From NCBI GenBank assembly GCA_964644695.1, contig CAZXWN010000008.1, positions 62,001 to 109,180 on the forward strand: 47,180 bases of DNA, in the 5' to 3' direction. Below the pieces are notes generated by a model. It saw only the letters and a program-made list of their open reading frames with translations, ran no database searches and was not told the DNA's origin. The stretch comes from an uncultured bacterium. Its GTDB lineage: Bacteria; UBP4; UBA4092. Below, piece by piece: positions 1 to 8,939 of this stretch (positions are counted from its first letter, which is position 1; each line of letters begins with the position of its first letter). The position numbers and the translations under genes were made by a program.

Positions 1-135
1 TAAAACCCTGATTCCTGTATTTGAATGTAATAATTTTAGATATTTTACCACCTTCATACTCATTTGATAGTATTGATAACTGCTATTAAAATAATCCCTA
101 TTTTATAAATACATTCACTAAGAAGGAGTTTTGCT

Positions 136-1227
136 GTGCAACGATATCTTATTCGATTTATATTATGGAACACCCTGATTTTGCTGCCGTTAATGGGTAT
201 GTGCCGTGAATTACGAGGTGTGTGGGTAGAGTTTACCCCCCGGAGCTGGGGCAAGGCTTCTGATACACAGGTCAGGGAAATAATCCGTGACTTGGATAAA
301 AACAATTTCAATGCCATATTTCCGTTAGCTCGAGATTACAGCGGCGGAATGTTATATACCAGTGCTTACTCCTCAACCGCTCATGCAACAGTTCTTCCAG
401 TCATGATTAATGAAGCACATAAACGAGGAATTGAGGTCCATGCCTGGATGCCCTCTTTGATTGGTGGATTTATAACCCCAGACCCGGTGTTAAAGCAACA
501 TCCGGACTGGGCCGTTGTTTATAAGGATGGGAAAAACTGTCTGGAGCGGCCAATAGACAAGTGTTATTGGTGGCTGGATCCCTCTAACCCTGGAGTTCGT
601 GAACACTTAAAGAATCTGGCGAAAGAAATGGCCAGACAAGGCGTTGATGGTATCAATCTTGACTGGTTAAGAATCAGTCCAGCACACACCTGGTCCACTA
701 CTTTCAGAGATGGATTCCGTAATAAGTATGGGGTTGACCCACTCACCATTAATACTCCGGAGATGGAGGCTAAATGGACTCAGTATCGTATCGAAATAGT
801 GACTTCTCTGGCCAGTGAAATCCGGAGCGCAGCCAAATCTGTGAATCCGAAGATTAAAATCTCAGCGGCAGTGGCCCCCGATCCCGAAGAATGCAAATCA
901 GCTCGGTTACAGGACTGGTTAGCCTGGACAGACTTTCTGGATTTCATTTTCCCCATGTTATACCAACCTCCCACGCCAGAACTGACAGCTAAGGCAAAGG
1001 AACTCATGGCAAAAGCAAAATGTCCCGTCTATATTGGCCTGGGGGGCGATGAAACCCGCTTTTCAGAAGCATCCACCTATGGTCAGCTTATCCAATATGT
1101 CCGGGAGAGTGGAAGTAAAGGATACTCCTTCTACCGGTTGGACCTTCCAGATAAGACCCATTATCTTAACCGTGCGGATTTAGAAGCTCTCAAAAAGACC
1201 GTGAATAAGAAACGGACTAGACCCTGA
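136..1227 (+). CDS. Glycoside hydrolase-like GHL10 (DUF187/YddW) family protein, exported
   Basis: ELRGVWV, EAHKRGIEVHAW, WLDPSNPGVR, VDGINLDWLR, ISAAV, QDW, DFIFPMLY motifs; hydrophobic N-terminus; AAGGAG RBS before GTG. Confidence 0.85.
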   Translation: MQRYLIRFILWNTLILLPLMGMCRELRGVWVEFTPRSWGKASDTQVREIIRDLDKNNFNAIFPLARDYSGGMLYTSAYSSTAHATVLPVMINEAHKRGIEVHAWMPSLIGGFITPDPVLKQHPDWAVVYKDGKNCLERPIDKCYWWLDPSNPGVREHLKNLAKEMARQGVDGINLDWLRISPAHTWSTTFRDGFRNKYGVDPLTINTPEMEAKWTQYRIEIVTSLASEIRSAAKSVNPKIKISAAVAPDPEECKSARLQDWLAWTDFLDFIFPMLYQPPTPELTAKAKELMAKAKCPVYIGLGGDETRFSEASTYGQLIQYVRESGSKGYSFYRLDLPDKTHYLNRADLEALKKTVNKKRTRP

Positions 1228-1252
1228 GGTGCATTATTAAGAGATAAAACAA

Positions 1253-1280
1253 AAGGCCTTCCAGTTTTCTGGAAGGCCTT
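1253..1280. terminator. Bidirectional intrinsic terminator between convergent genes
   Basis: Perfect 12-bp stem AAGGCCTTCCAG/CTGGAAGGCCTT, 4-nt loop, A/T-rich flanks. Confidence 0.85.
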
Positions 1281-1295
1281 ATTTATTTTGGTTGA

Positions 1296-2405
1296 TTATC
1301 TAACGACTTTGATTTGTTTAGGTGGAGCTGGCGGTGGGGGCTTCGGAGGACCATATACATAACCATTGGCCACGACCCCGTCTTTACCCAAAGTGGGTGG
1401 GGTTTCGGACTCAATGGCTTTACCATCCGGAGCCTTGAGGGCGTGTTTTATACGCTTTTCGATTTCATAGTGGCTCAAAACCGGGGCAGCATCAGCGTTT
1501 GCCAATTCAGAAACTAAAAGACCTTTCCCATAAACATCCCAACCTTCACCAATCATCCCGTTCTGAGCTTCAATCAATTTCCAATCCTTAAGCCCCAACA
1601 ACATCATTTTGCTGTTATTGTTTTCAGTCGGAAGCACTGTCACAGCAGCCTGCTGGAAAGAAGCACTGATTTTCATCAGACCGACAGGTTCATTAAAGGA
1701 GTGAACCTTGGCATATTGTCCTGAACCAGGATTGATTTGATATACATCCGTGGGGGCGCCTTCACTGCGAACAAGGAAATAAACCCGGGAATTATCCACC
1801 CAGTTGAAATTATCAACGATGGCATCATCGGGAATATTCAGGGTTTTCCAGGAGAAAGGACGAACTCCATTTGTGTTCAAATCAATGACGGCCACAACCT
1901 TCTCAGAGGGATTACTGCCTATCAACTGACGACCATTGGGGCTAAACACTGCATGATTCAATCCCCGCACAAACTGTTCCTGATTAGTCGTTTTATTCCA
2001 TAAAACAGTTAATCCTGGATTGTTCTCGCTTGCCAAACCCGAGAATGAAACCATCATTCCATCAGGTGACCAGACTGGAGGACGCGCAGGTACATCCCGA
2101 CTACTTAGCATACCCGTGGACTGGAATTGAATAGTAGCAGGATTCAGCCGTTCTACAATGAAGGGTCTGTTATTTGCGACTATCGCAATCTGAGTCCCAT
2201 CAGGCGAAATAGTTCCAACTTTTGCACCCATGGGTAAAGGATCATTGACTGCAAACTTAATTTCCTGACCGACAGGGGCAGGAGCTGCCGGAGTCCCTGC
2301 AGCCGGAGCTGCTGGTTTGGCTGGAGCCTGCGCCTTTTTTCCACATCCAGTAAGTAAAACCACAACCATCAAAGAAAATACACTTATATGTAACCACTTC
2401 TGCAT
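1296..2405 (-). CDS. Lipoprotein with TolB-like beta-propeller, Ala/Pro-rich linker and Pro-rich tail
   Basis: Lipobox LLTG-C; ISPDG, WSPDG and FSPNG blade motifs. Confidence 0.75.
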   Translation of the reverse strand: MQKWLHISVFSLMVVVLLTGCGKKAQAPAKPAAPAAGTPAAPAPVGQEIKFAVNDPLPMGAKVGTISPDGTQIAIVANNRPFIVERLNPATIQFQSTGMLSSRDVPARPPVWSPDGMMVSFSGLASENNPGLTVLWNKTTNQEQFVRGLNHAVFSPNGRQLIGSNPSEKVVAVIDLNTNGVRPFSWKTLNIPDDAIVDNFNWVDNSRVYFLVRSEGAPTDVYQINPGSGQYAKVHSFNEPVGLMKISASFQQAAVTVLPTENNNSKMMLLGLKDWKLIEAQNGMIGEGWDVYGKGLLVSELANADAAPVLSHYEIEKRIKHALKAPDGKAIESETPPTLGKDGVVANGYVYGPPKPPPPAPPKQIKVVR

Positions 2406-2622
2406 TATTAATATCCCTCAGATAACACTCAATATGGGTTAATTATACGATAATTTTCGACAAATTAAAGGGGGACTCTAAATAATAGTCGTCAAAACCC
2501 CTAAAAAACATGTCACAGGGAAGTCCCAAAATTCCGGAGAGAATTAGAAAATGTAGTTTTTAATGGAGAAGAGTACCTGAAAAGTGGGGTCACAGCCAGT
2601 ATTTATAACCTGATTTATTGTT

Positions 2623-4038
2623 TTATATATCTGTACTCTTATTCAGAAGGACCATTCCTTCTTTGACTTTAGGTGCGCATTGAGAGCAGGGTTTTAATGA
2701 TTGGGCTTCTTGGAAAGCCTGCCGGGATTCATTTGGTTTATCCATCTTCAGATAAGCCTGGCCTAATATGGCCCAAGCACAATGATTTTTGGGGTCTAGT
2801 TGGATGGCATATCGTGCCGATTCTTCAGCACCGGGATAATCACCCAGACTATATCGTAATTCTGATAAAGTAACCCAATACTGCGGGGTCTTTCCTTCAA
2901 GGTTAATAGCTTGCTGCAATACGGCAGTAGCTTGACCATATTGTTTGAGATTCAGATAAGCAACACCCATCCCGTAATATGAATAGGCATAATCAGGGCT
3001 TAACCAGGTGGCAATCCGGAAGAAATCAAGTGCTTTCTCGTAATCTTTATCATCAAAACAGTATTGCCGCCCTTTATCAACGATTCGGGAACGCAGTTCA
3101 AGTCGAGATTTATTCGATAAGTCATCAGAAGAAAGGATGCTTTCTCGTAAGATATCCACTTCAGCGGCGTCAACGGCTTTCAACTGGGAAGGAGCGGTAT
3201 TGGCCCGTGCCATAATTCTAAATCCGGCAGGAACCATAATATTACCCTTACTATTTTGGAAAAGGACGGTGGACTCCGTACAAGTTACTTGGACAGCGGC
3301 GGTATCCCGCGCCAATATCCTGAATTCTGTGCCCATGACCTGAACCATTCCCGTCGAAGTAGCCACACGGAAGGCGTCTTTTAAGTGTTTCACGGCCACA
3401 TAAATATCACCATAAGCGATCCGGACGTTAGCTCTTGTGTCTGGACGACAAGTGATTTCTGTACCTGGAGCCAGCCAAATTCGGGAACTCTCACTTAATT
3501 TAAGGGTGGCAGATGTCATAAAATCAGTTCGGACCCGATCACCCGTTTCCAGGGTTTCGTTGGATTTTATAGGCCGCCAGCCTGCTTCTCCCATCCGGTA
3601 CACCATTAATCCCTTACCACGCGAGGTTATCCGGGCCTGAAATGCCTGACGATCTACGCCATACCACATAAATACAGCCAGATTAATGACAACCATGAGA
3701 GTTAACGCCGTTGCCCAACGCAGCTCTGTGGGGAAAGTTACAGGTTTGGTTAACGGTAACAGTTCTGCTTCAATATCAACGGTAGAGGGATTAGTCCCTG
3801 GGGCAGGCAGGTCTTTTAATCGGGCATGAATGGCTTCCTGGAGTTTTGGACTGACCCTGATTTCATTTTGCATCTGTTCTAGATTCTGGGTCAACTGGTC
3901 TTCTTCAAGGGCTATCTTTCGGCAGGACGCACATTTCTCCAAGTGAGTATCGAGGATATACTGTTGGGAGGGGGTCAACTCTCCCATGAGGGAACGATGC
4001 AACCATCGTCTTATGGTCCAATGGATTAAAAGTTTCAT
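2623..4038 (-). CDS. Anti-sigma factor: zinc-binding ZAS domain, TM helix, FecR domain, TPR repeats
   Basis: HLEKCASC (HxxxCxxC); TM WATALTLMVVINLAVFMWY; FecR motifs GDRVRT and VMGTEF; C-terminal TPRs; ATGA overlap with the sigma gene. Confidence 0.85.
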   Translation of the reverse strand: MKLLIHWTIRRWLHRSLMGELTPSQQYILDTHLEKCASCRKIALEEDQLTQNLEQMQNEIRVSPKLQEAIHARLKDLPAPGTNPSTVDIEAELLPLTKPVTFPTELRWATALTLMVVINLAVFMWYGVDRQAFQARITSRGKGLMVYRMGEAGWRPIKSNETLETGDRVRTDFMTSATLKLSESSRIWLAPGTEITCRPDTRANVRIAYGDIYVAVKHLKDAFRVATSTGMVQVMGTEFRILARDTAAVQVTCTESTVLFQNSKGNIMVPAGFRIMARANTAPSQLKAVDAAEVDILRESILSSDDLSNKSRLELRSRIVDKGRQYCFDDKDYEKALDFFRIATWLSPDYAYSYYGMGVAYLNLKQYGQATAVLQQAINLEGKTPQYWVTLSELRYSLGDYPGAEESARYAIQLDPKNHCAWAILGQAYLKMDKPNESRQAFQEAQSLKPCSQCAPKVKEGMVLLNKSTDI

Positions 4039-4778
4039 TTCTGCTTTTTCTCCATCATACGCCGCATCAATTTTCGGGCTCGATACAAACGCATTTCAAT
4101 AGTAGCTCGACTCTCGTCTAATATCTGACTGACATCCTGTATGGAATATCCGTGCACATAATATAAAATCGATGGGTCTCTATATATGTCCGGTAAATCC
4201 ATCAGCAGTTTTTTAGTATCCAGAGAAAAATCCTCTGTTGATGCAAGGATTTGTTCTGTTTCCGTCCATACGGATTCAAGTTTTTTTACGGCTCGTTGAC
4301 GCTGGATATGGGTAATCGCTAATCTCTTAAACAGGGTATAGGTCCAGGAAGAGAAACTCTCAGGTTTATTCAACGAAGGTAATGCTTCGTATATTTTAAC
4401 CACACCTTCCTGCACTATCTCCTCCGCTTCACTTTGATTGTGTGTGATGCCATAAACAATCAGATACCATAATGATGTGTAGGCATCTACCAAGTCTATA
4501 AAGGACTTTTGATCCCCAGCCAGTGCCTGGAGAACCCACTTCTTGTCTCGTTCTGTTCTTTTATCCACGCTTCTGGAATCCTTATCAGTCCCTCTGTTCT
4601 GCCCGGGTAATAAATCCGAGTCTCCAGCAGAGGTCCCGTCATCCAGTTCGACTTCATGGCTATTACCGGAACAGACCTCAATATCAGTGGTATCTTCCTT
4701 CATTAATAGCAGAGCGTCTCCACCGCCATTTTCTAACAAAAATTTATTTGATTTTCTAAATATTTTTTTAAAAACCAA
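4035..4778 (-). CDS. ECF-type RNA polymerase sigma factor (true start possibly ATG at 4703)
   Basis: Region 2 AEEIVQE and FSSWTY; region 4 LPDIYR...GYSIQDVSQIL...MRLYRARK. Confidence 0.9.
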   Translation of the reverse strand: MVFKKIFRKSNKFLLENGGGDALLLMKEDTTDIEVCSGNSHEVELDDGTSAGDSDLLPGQNRGTDKDSRSVDKRTERDKKWVLQALAGDQKSFIDLVDAYTSLWYLIVYGITHNQSEAEEIVQEGVVKIYEALPSLNKPESFSSWTYTLFKRLAITHIQRQRAVKKLESVWTETEQILASTEDFSLDTKKLLMDLPDIYRDPSILYYVHGYSIQDVSQILDESRATIEMRLYRARKLMRRMMEKKQK

Positions 4779-4871
4779 ATCCAGTATCCCCTGTATATAC
4801 CCTAAAAAAAGCCTAACTCACTAATAAGTATAAAGTTATGTATGTTATTTCCTAATTTAACAAAAATAAAT

Positions 4872-4901
4872 GCATCGAACAAGATTGATCTCGTTCGATG
4901 C
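4872..4901 (-). terminator. Probable intrinsic terminator after the second lipoprotein gene
   Basis: GCATCGAAC/GTTCGATGC stem followed by a T-rich run on the minus strand. Confidence 0.6.
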
Positions 4902-4990
4902 TGCAAGTTTATCACTATTCGTGAAACAGTGTTATAAAATCAATCAGTTGTGGTTATTTATTAAGCATATTTTTACCTATACCTTTGATT

Positions 4991-6082
4991 TTACGGCTGT
5001 TTACCAAAATTTAGTATCTGATTATCCAAAATCCAGCCCTCCGGATGAATGGAGACCCCCAAAGTTACTGGGAGAGGATTTCCTGTTGGAGAGACAATTT
5101 GTGCCCACTTCTTCTGCTGGAACCACCATCGAACCACCAAATTCTTGTTACTATCAGAATTTGACCAATCTCCGATAATAGACTGGTTATCCGGATGCCA
5201 GCCCAGGGCCCTGAAACGGTTTTGATTTACCAGGTGCTGATTTGTCTTAAGATTAACAATTTCAGTACGATAAATGGGATTTGACACTCCTTTAGAAAAG
5301 ACCAGATACGCCAGGCTGTGGTTCGGTGCCACCTGAATATCTACACACCGGTCGGGAAAATCCAATAAGGGTTGAGTTTTTCCATTTAGGATATCCAGAC
5401 TAGACAATTGAGTCGAGATGTTGTTATTAGAATCAATGATATGACTGGTAATCAATAACATATCTTCATCAACCCAGTCACAGGCACTCAGATATGATCC
5501 TTCTGTTAATCCCAATGTGTCCACAGACCATGTCTGGGTACTCCCATCCGAGAAGTAAAGAATGTCCAAGGACCGACCCGACTGGCGAATTCCAGCCACA
5601 GACTCTCCAAACTCCGACATCACAGGATTCCACCATCGGGTAAGCGTCGTTTCCCGGGATTGCTGCACATCAAAAACAACGGTCATCGGGTCTCCCCCAT
5701 TTGGAGGTTCTCCATAAAAAAGAACCCTGTCTCCTGTGGAATCCCATCGCGGATTTTTTAATCCCTTTGTATCTCCGGGAAAGAGAGAAGATGAGGACAT
5801 TATCCTGCTAAAATCTGACTGGTTAATCAGGGCAGGGCGACGGTTAAGATAAAGAGCGATTTGGTCCCCTTTAGGTGACAGTGAACCATAACGACCAGGT
5901 AATCTGACAACTGATTCCACAGATTGTTGTTCCATTGCCGAAGGATTTAAGAAGGCTTCTTCCGATTCTTTTGTGTTTTTGGGAAGGGGGGAACGATAGC
6001 ACCCGGTAATGAAAAGAATTCCCGCCAGTATGCTTACCAGCCAAATTTTGTATTGCATCCCTTTTTTTAAATGTCCCAGCAT
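4991..6082 (-). CDS. Beta-propeller lipoprotein, paralog of 1296..2405
   Basis: Lipobox FITG-C; GSLSPKGDQIALYLNRRP aligns with GTISPDGTQIAIVANNRP. Confidence 0.7.
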   Translation of the reverse strand: MLGHLKKGMQYKIWLVSILAGILFITGCYRSPLPKNTKESEEAFLNPSAMEQQSVESVVRLPGRYGSLSPKGDQIALYLNRRPALINQSDFSRIMSSSSLFPGDTKGLKNPRWDSTGDRVLFYGEPPNGGDPMTVVFDVQQSRETTLTRWWNPVMSEFGESVAGIRQSGRSLDILYFSDGSTQTWSVDTLGLTEGSYLSACDWVDEDMLLITSHIIDSNNNISTQLSSLDILNGKTQPLLDFPDRCVDIQVAPNHSLAYLVFSKGVSNPIYRTEIVNLKTNQHLVNQNRFRALGWHPDNQSIIGDWSNSDSNKNLVVRWWFQQKKWAQIVSPTGNPLPVTLGVSIHPEGWILDNQILNFGKQP

Positions 6083-6177
6083 TGTCGTTTTCCAGTATAT
6101 CTTAAAATGACTTTCGTTAATACACTAAAAGATTTCAGATACAGACCCTGTTCACAGCCCTAAATTCAGTTACCCTC

Positions 6178-7119
6178 TCAACCACCCATCCCCATCTTCC
6201 GCACAATTTCATGACACACACTACAAACCGAAGGGTATTGTGTCGGGTCGATATAAAGGCCGCTGTCTTTGGCCACATCCATCAATCCCCGAACGCCACC
6301 TTTCAGCAAAGAGGACATCAGCAGATTCTCATCAGGATTATATCGATAGATGATATTTGTAATTGTATCTGTATAGATATTTCCAATTACAAAACAACAG
6401 ACAATCACATCACCATTGGGATTTATGGAAATTGTATCCACAGAATCCAGCTTGGTTGTATAGGGAACATCCCCACATTTTACATTCAAATCAAAAGCTT
6501 TTAACGGATAATACTCAGCCAAATAGATGGCAGCATTCCCAGAAGGAAAAATGTTATTGCCACTGGATATCGGTATATTTAAGTCTGTGAATGCCTCCAG
6601 ACACTCTCGGGTTTTCTGGTTATAGACATTATTGTGTTCGGCATCTATCACCCATGCGGGCTGAAGCCGCAAACCCTCTATGTGTTCATCACATAAAGCC
6701 CTGGTAAAGGCGTAAACTGTTTCAATGGGCAAATGCTCTGCATGAAAAGCATCCACCGACAACAACAGGGAGTTAACGCCGCTTTTCTTCAAGTCTCTGG
6801 CTACCTCAGAAATCCGTTGAAGGTCCTTAGTGAAATAACCATTCGTGATGACTTGGCGGCAGGGTATTTTGTTTTCTGTGGAAGTCTTGTGGATTTTACA
6901 TACTGTATCCGCAGCCAACAACGGTTCACCCCCAAAAGTCATGACTGATTTGATGGCATACTGCTGTGCCAACTCAGATATGACCGAACTCGCTCTGTCT
7001 GCATCAATGCAGGTGTTGTTTTTATTCAAAGAATTACCGACTGAACAATGCTTACATCGGCTGGTACAGGCATTGGTTATGAAAAATTCTATACGGTTAA
7101 TATCCATGTAGGGATTCAT
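6178..7119 (-). CDS. Radical SAM protein with SPASM/twitch-like C-terminus
   Basis: CTSRCKHC (CxxxCxxC), GGEP, ITNG, GDVIVCC and CSVC. Confidence 0.9.
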   Translation of the reverse strand: MNPYMDINRIEFFITNACTSRCKHCSVGNSLNKNNTCIDADRASSVISELAQQYAIKSVMTFGGEPLLAADTVCKIHKTSTENKIPCRQVITNGYFTKDLQRISEVARDLKKSGVNSLLLSVDAFHAEHLPIETVYAFTRALCDEHIEGLRLQPAWVIDAEHNNVYNQKTRECLEAFTDLNIPISSGNNIFPSGNAAIYLAEYYPLKAFDLNVKCGDVPYTTKLDSVDTISINPNGDVIVCCFVIGNIYTDTITNIIYRYNPDENLLMSSLLKGGVRGLMDVAKDSGLYIDPTQYPSVCSVCHEIVRKMGMGG

Positions 7120-7151
7120 GGGTTTTCTCTGAACTTTGGCATTAATATGTT

Positions 7152-7751
7152 TTATTCGGATACGGCATGGAAAGGGTCATCTTCATTGTTTTTGTTCCAG
7201 CAATACTCAATCCCTTCCGCAATTTTCTCAGCCACAACCGGCCCTATCGTATCGCTGACAAAACCCAGGATCATATCTATTCCTGCAGAAACTCCAGAAG
7301 AGGTATAAAACGTCCCATCCTTTACCCATCGGGCTTTCCGGACCCAATGAACATTAGGGCCCTGTTCAGCCACCCAGTTAAAAGCCTTTTTATTGGTAGT
7401 AGCCTTCAGATTATCCAGTAAGCCTGTTTTTGCCAACAGAGCACTCCCGGTACAAACGGTCAATACATATCGAGAAGCCAAGGCCTTTTCTCTGACCTGT
7501 TGAATCAGTTCCTGATTTTGCACATCTCGCCGCGTCCCAAATCCACCCGGTATCAGAAAAACTCCTTCACCAGGTACTTCTGACAAGGGTTTGGTATCCA
7601 CCTTCAATCCAGGTTGGATTTCCACCAATCCCCCTTTTTCAGAGTAATAATTAATCGTGTAGAATTTCTCAAGAGACCCTATTACTTGGATAGGACCAAA
7701 GACATCCAGGGGAGCTGTCCCTTCAAACAGAAAAACACTAAACATTGTCAT
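7152..7751 (-). CDS. DJ-1/PfpI family protein (isonitrile hydratase-like)
   Basis: LDVFGP, IPGGFGTR, VCTGS (catalytic Cys), TSSGVSAGIDM. Confidence 0.9.
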   Translation of the reverse strand: MTMFSVFLFEGTAPLDVFGPIQVIGSLEKFYTINYYSEKGGLVEIQPGLKVDTKPLSEVPGEGVFLIPGGFGTRRDVQNQELIQQVREKALASRYVLTVCTGSALLAKTGLLDNLKATTNKKAFNWVAEQGPNVHWVRKARWVKDGTFYTSSGVSAGIDMILGFVSDTIGPVVAEKIAEGIEYCWNKNNEDDPFHAVSE

Positions 7752-7853
7752 ATTATGGGTCCCTCACTCAATCAAATTATTATAGTTAACATAATATCAA
7801 TACTTATGATAAGAAGAAAAGGTTTAGTACAACGGAGGTTAATTCTAAAAAGA

Positions 7854-8906
7854 TTAGAAGGACACTTTAGGTGTTAGCTTATTCATCCGAATTTTACACA
7901 CAGCCAGTTTCTTTTGAATAGCTGAATTATCAGGATATATCTGAAGCGATTTTTGATAGGCCTTCATTGCCGCCGCCCATTCCTGTCTGGCGAACAGGAC
8001 ATCCCCTAGTACTGAATGAGATTTGAAGTATTCAGGTTTTTTGTCCACACCTGTCTGCGCACTCTTCAGTGCATTGTCCAAATCCCCCAACTCCAGGAAT
8101 CGTTCCGCCAACATGGTATGAATCCCCCGGAGATATCCTCCCGTCTGGGCAGAGGCTATCAACTCAGTACGGGCTAAACGGCGTCCAGGATAGGTGGGAA
8201 TACATTGCGCAGTGATTCCCCTCATATAGTGATAAACAGCCAACAAACTGGAAAATTCCGGCAGGTGAGAATCGGCAGGAGCTGGATACAACTGATTAAT
8301 GATCCCGACATAATCCGGTTCAGATTCACCGGGCTTCAAAAACCTGTAAACCAAACCTGAGGGTACCAGTCGAGTCCCATTCAAATCATGGGTATCCCGT
8401 CGAGCCGTCGAATAAACAGGCTCTTTGGAATTCAGAAGCAACTGCCGTTCCAGTGCTTCACGGCTGCGGAAAAGCTGCTCCTGTGTGCCATATGTAGAGG
8501 CCGCTCCCAGTCCCGGAAGAGACTGAAAAAAGGCTCCGTCAAAGTCATAAATTACAATTCCTTCGGGTATTTCTCCACGCTGTTTCAATACCCAGAGAGA
8601 TAGGGTCGGAACATCTTCCAAAACAATCAGGATACAGGGACTTTTCAGGGACTTTAGGATTAGCCGGCCATTCGCCGCCAGACTTTCTTCCCAGCCAGGA
8701 TATTGCTTGAACTGTGCCAGGGCAATGGATTGTTTTGAGAAAGAGTCTCCTGGTTGGAGAGTAAAAGAGGGGGGAGGTGTTTTCTGTTCACTGGCAGCAT
8801 GGACAGACGTTGTCAGCGTCAGCCCTGCCATAAATATAAACAGGGAGCAAGCTCCGGAAATTATTAGTTTTCTGGTCTTGCTCCCTGATTTTTTCATTTT
8901 TATCAC
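7854..8906 (-). CDS. Exported TPR protein resembling the soluble C-terminal part of DUF2723/TMEM260-type proteins
   Basis: Signal peptide ending VHA; ILKSL...ILIVLEDVPTLSLW and LVPSGLVYRF; C-terminal TPRs. Confidence 0.65.
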   Translation of the reverse strand: MIKMKKSGSKTRKLIISGACSLFIFMAGLTLTTSVHAASEQKTPPPSFTLQPGDSFSKQSIALAQFKQYPGWEESLAANGRLILKSLKSPCILIVLEDVPTLSLWVLKQRGEIPEGIVIYDFDGAFFQSLPGLGAASTYGTQEQLFRSREALERQLLLNSKEPVYSTARRDTHDLNGTRLVPSGLVYRFLKPGESEPDYVGIINQLYPAPADSHLPEFSSLLAVYHYMRGITAQCIPTYPGRRLARTELIASAQTGGYLRGIHTMLAERFLELGDLDNALKSAQTGVDKKPEYFKSHSVLGDVLFARQEWAAAMKAYQKSLQIYPDNSAIQKKLAVCKIRMNKLTPKVSF

Positions 8907-8939
8907 CGGTTATTTAGCGTTATCCCGGCAGCCGGCGTA

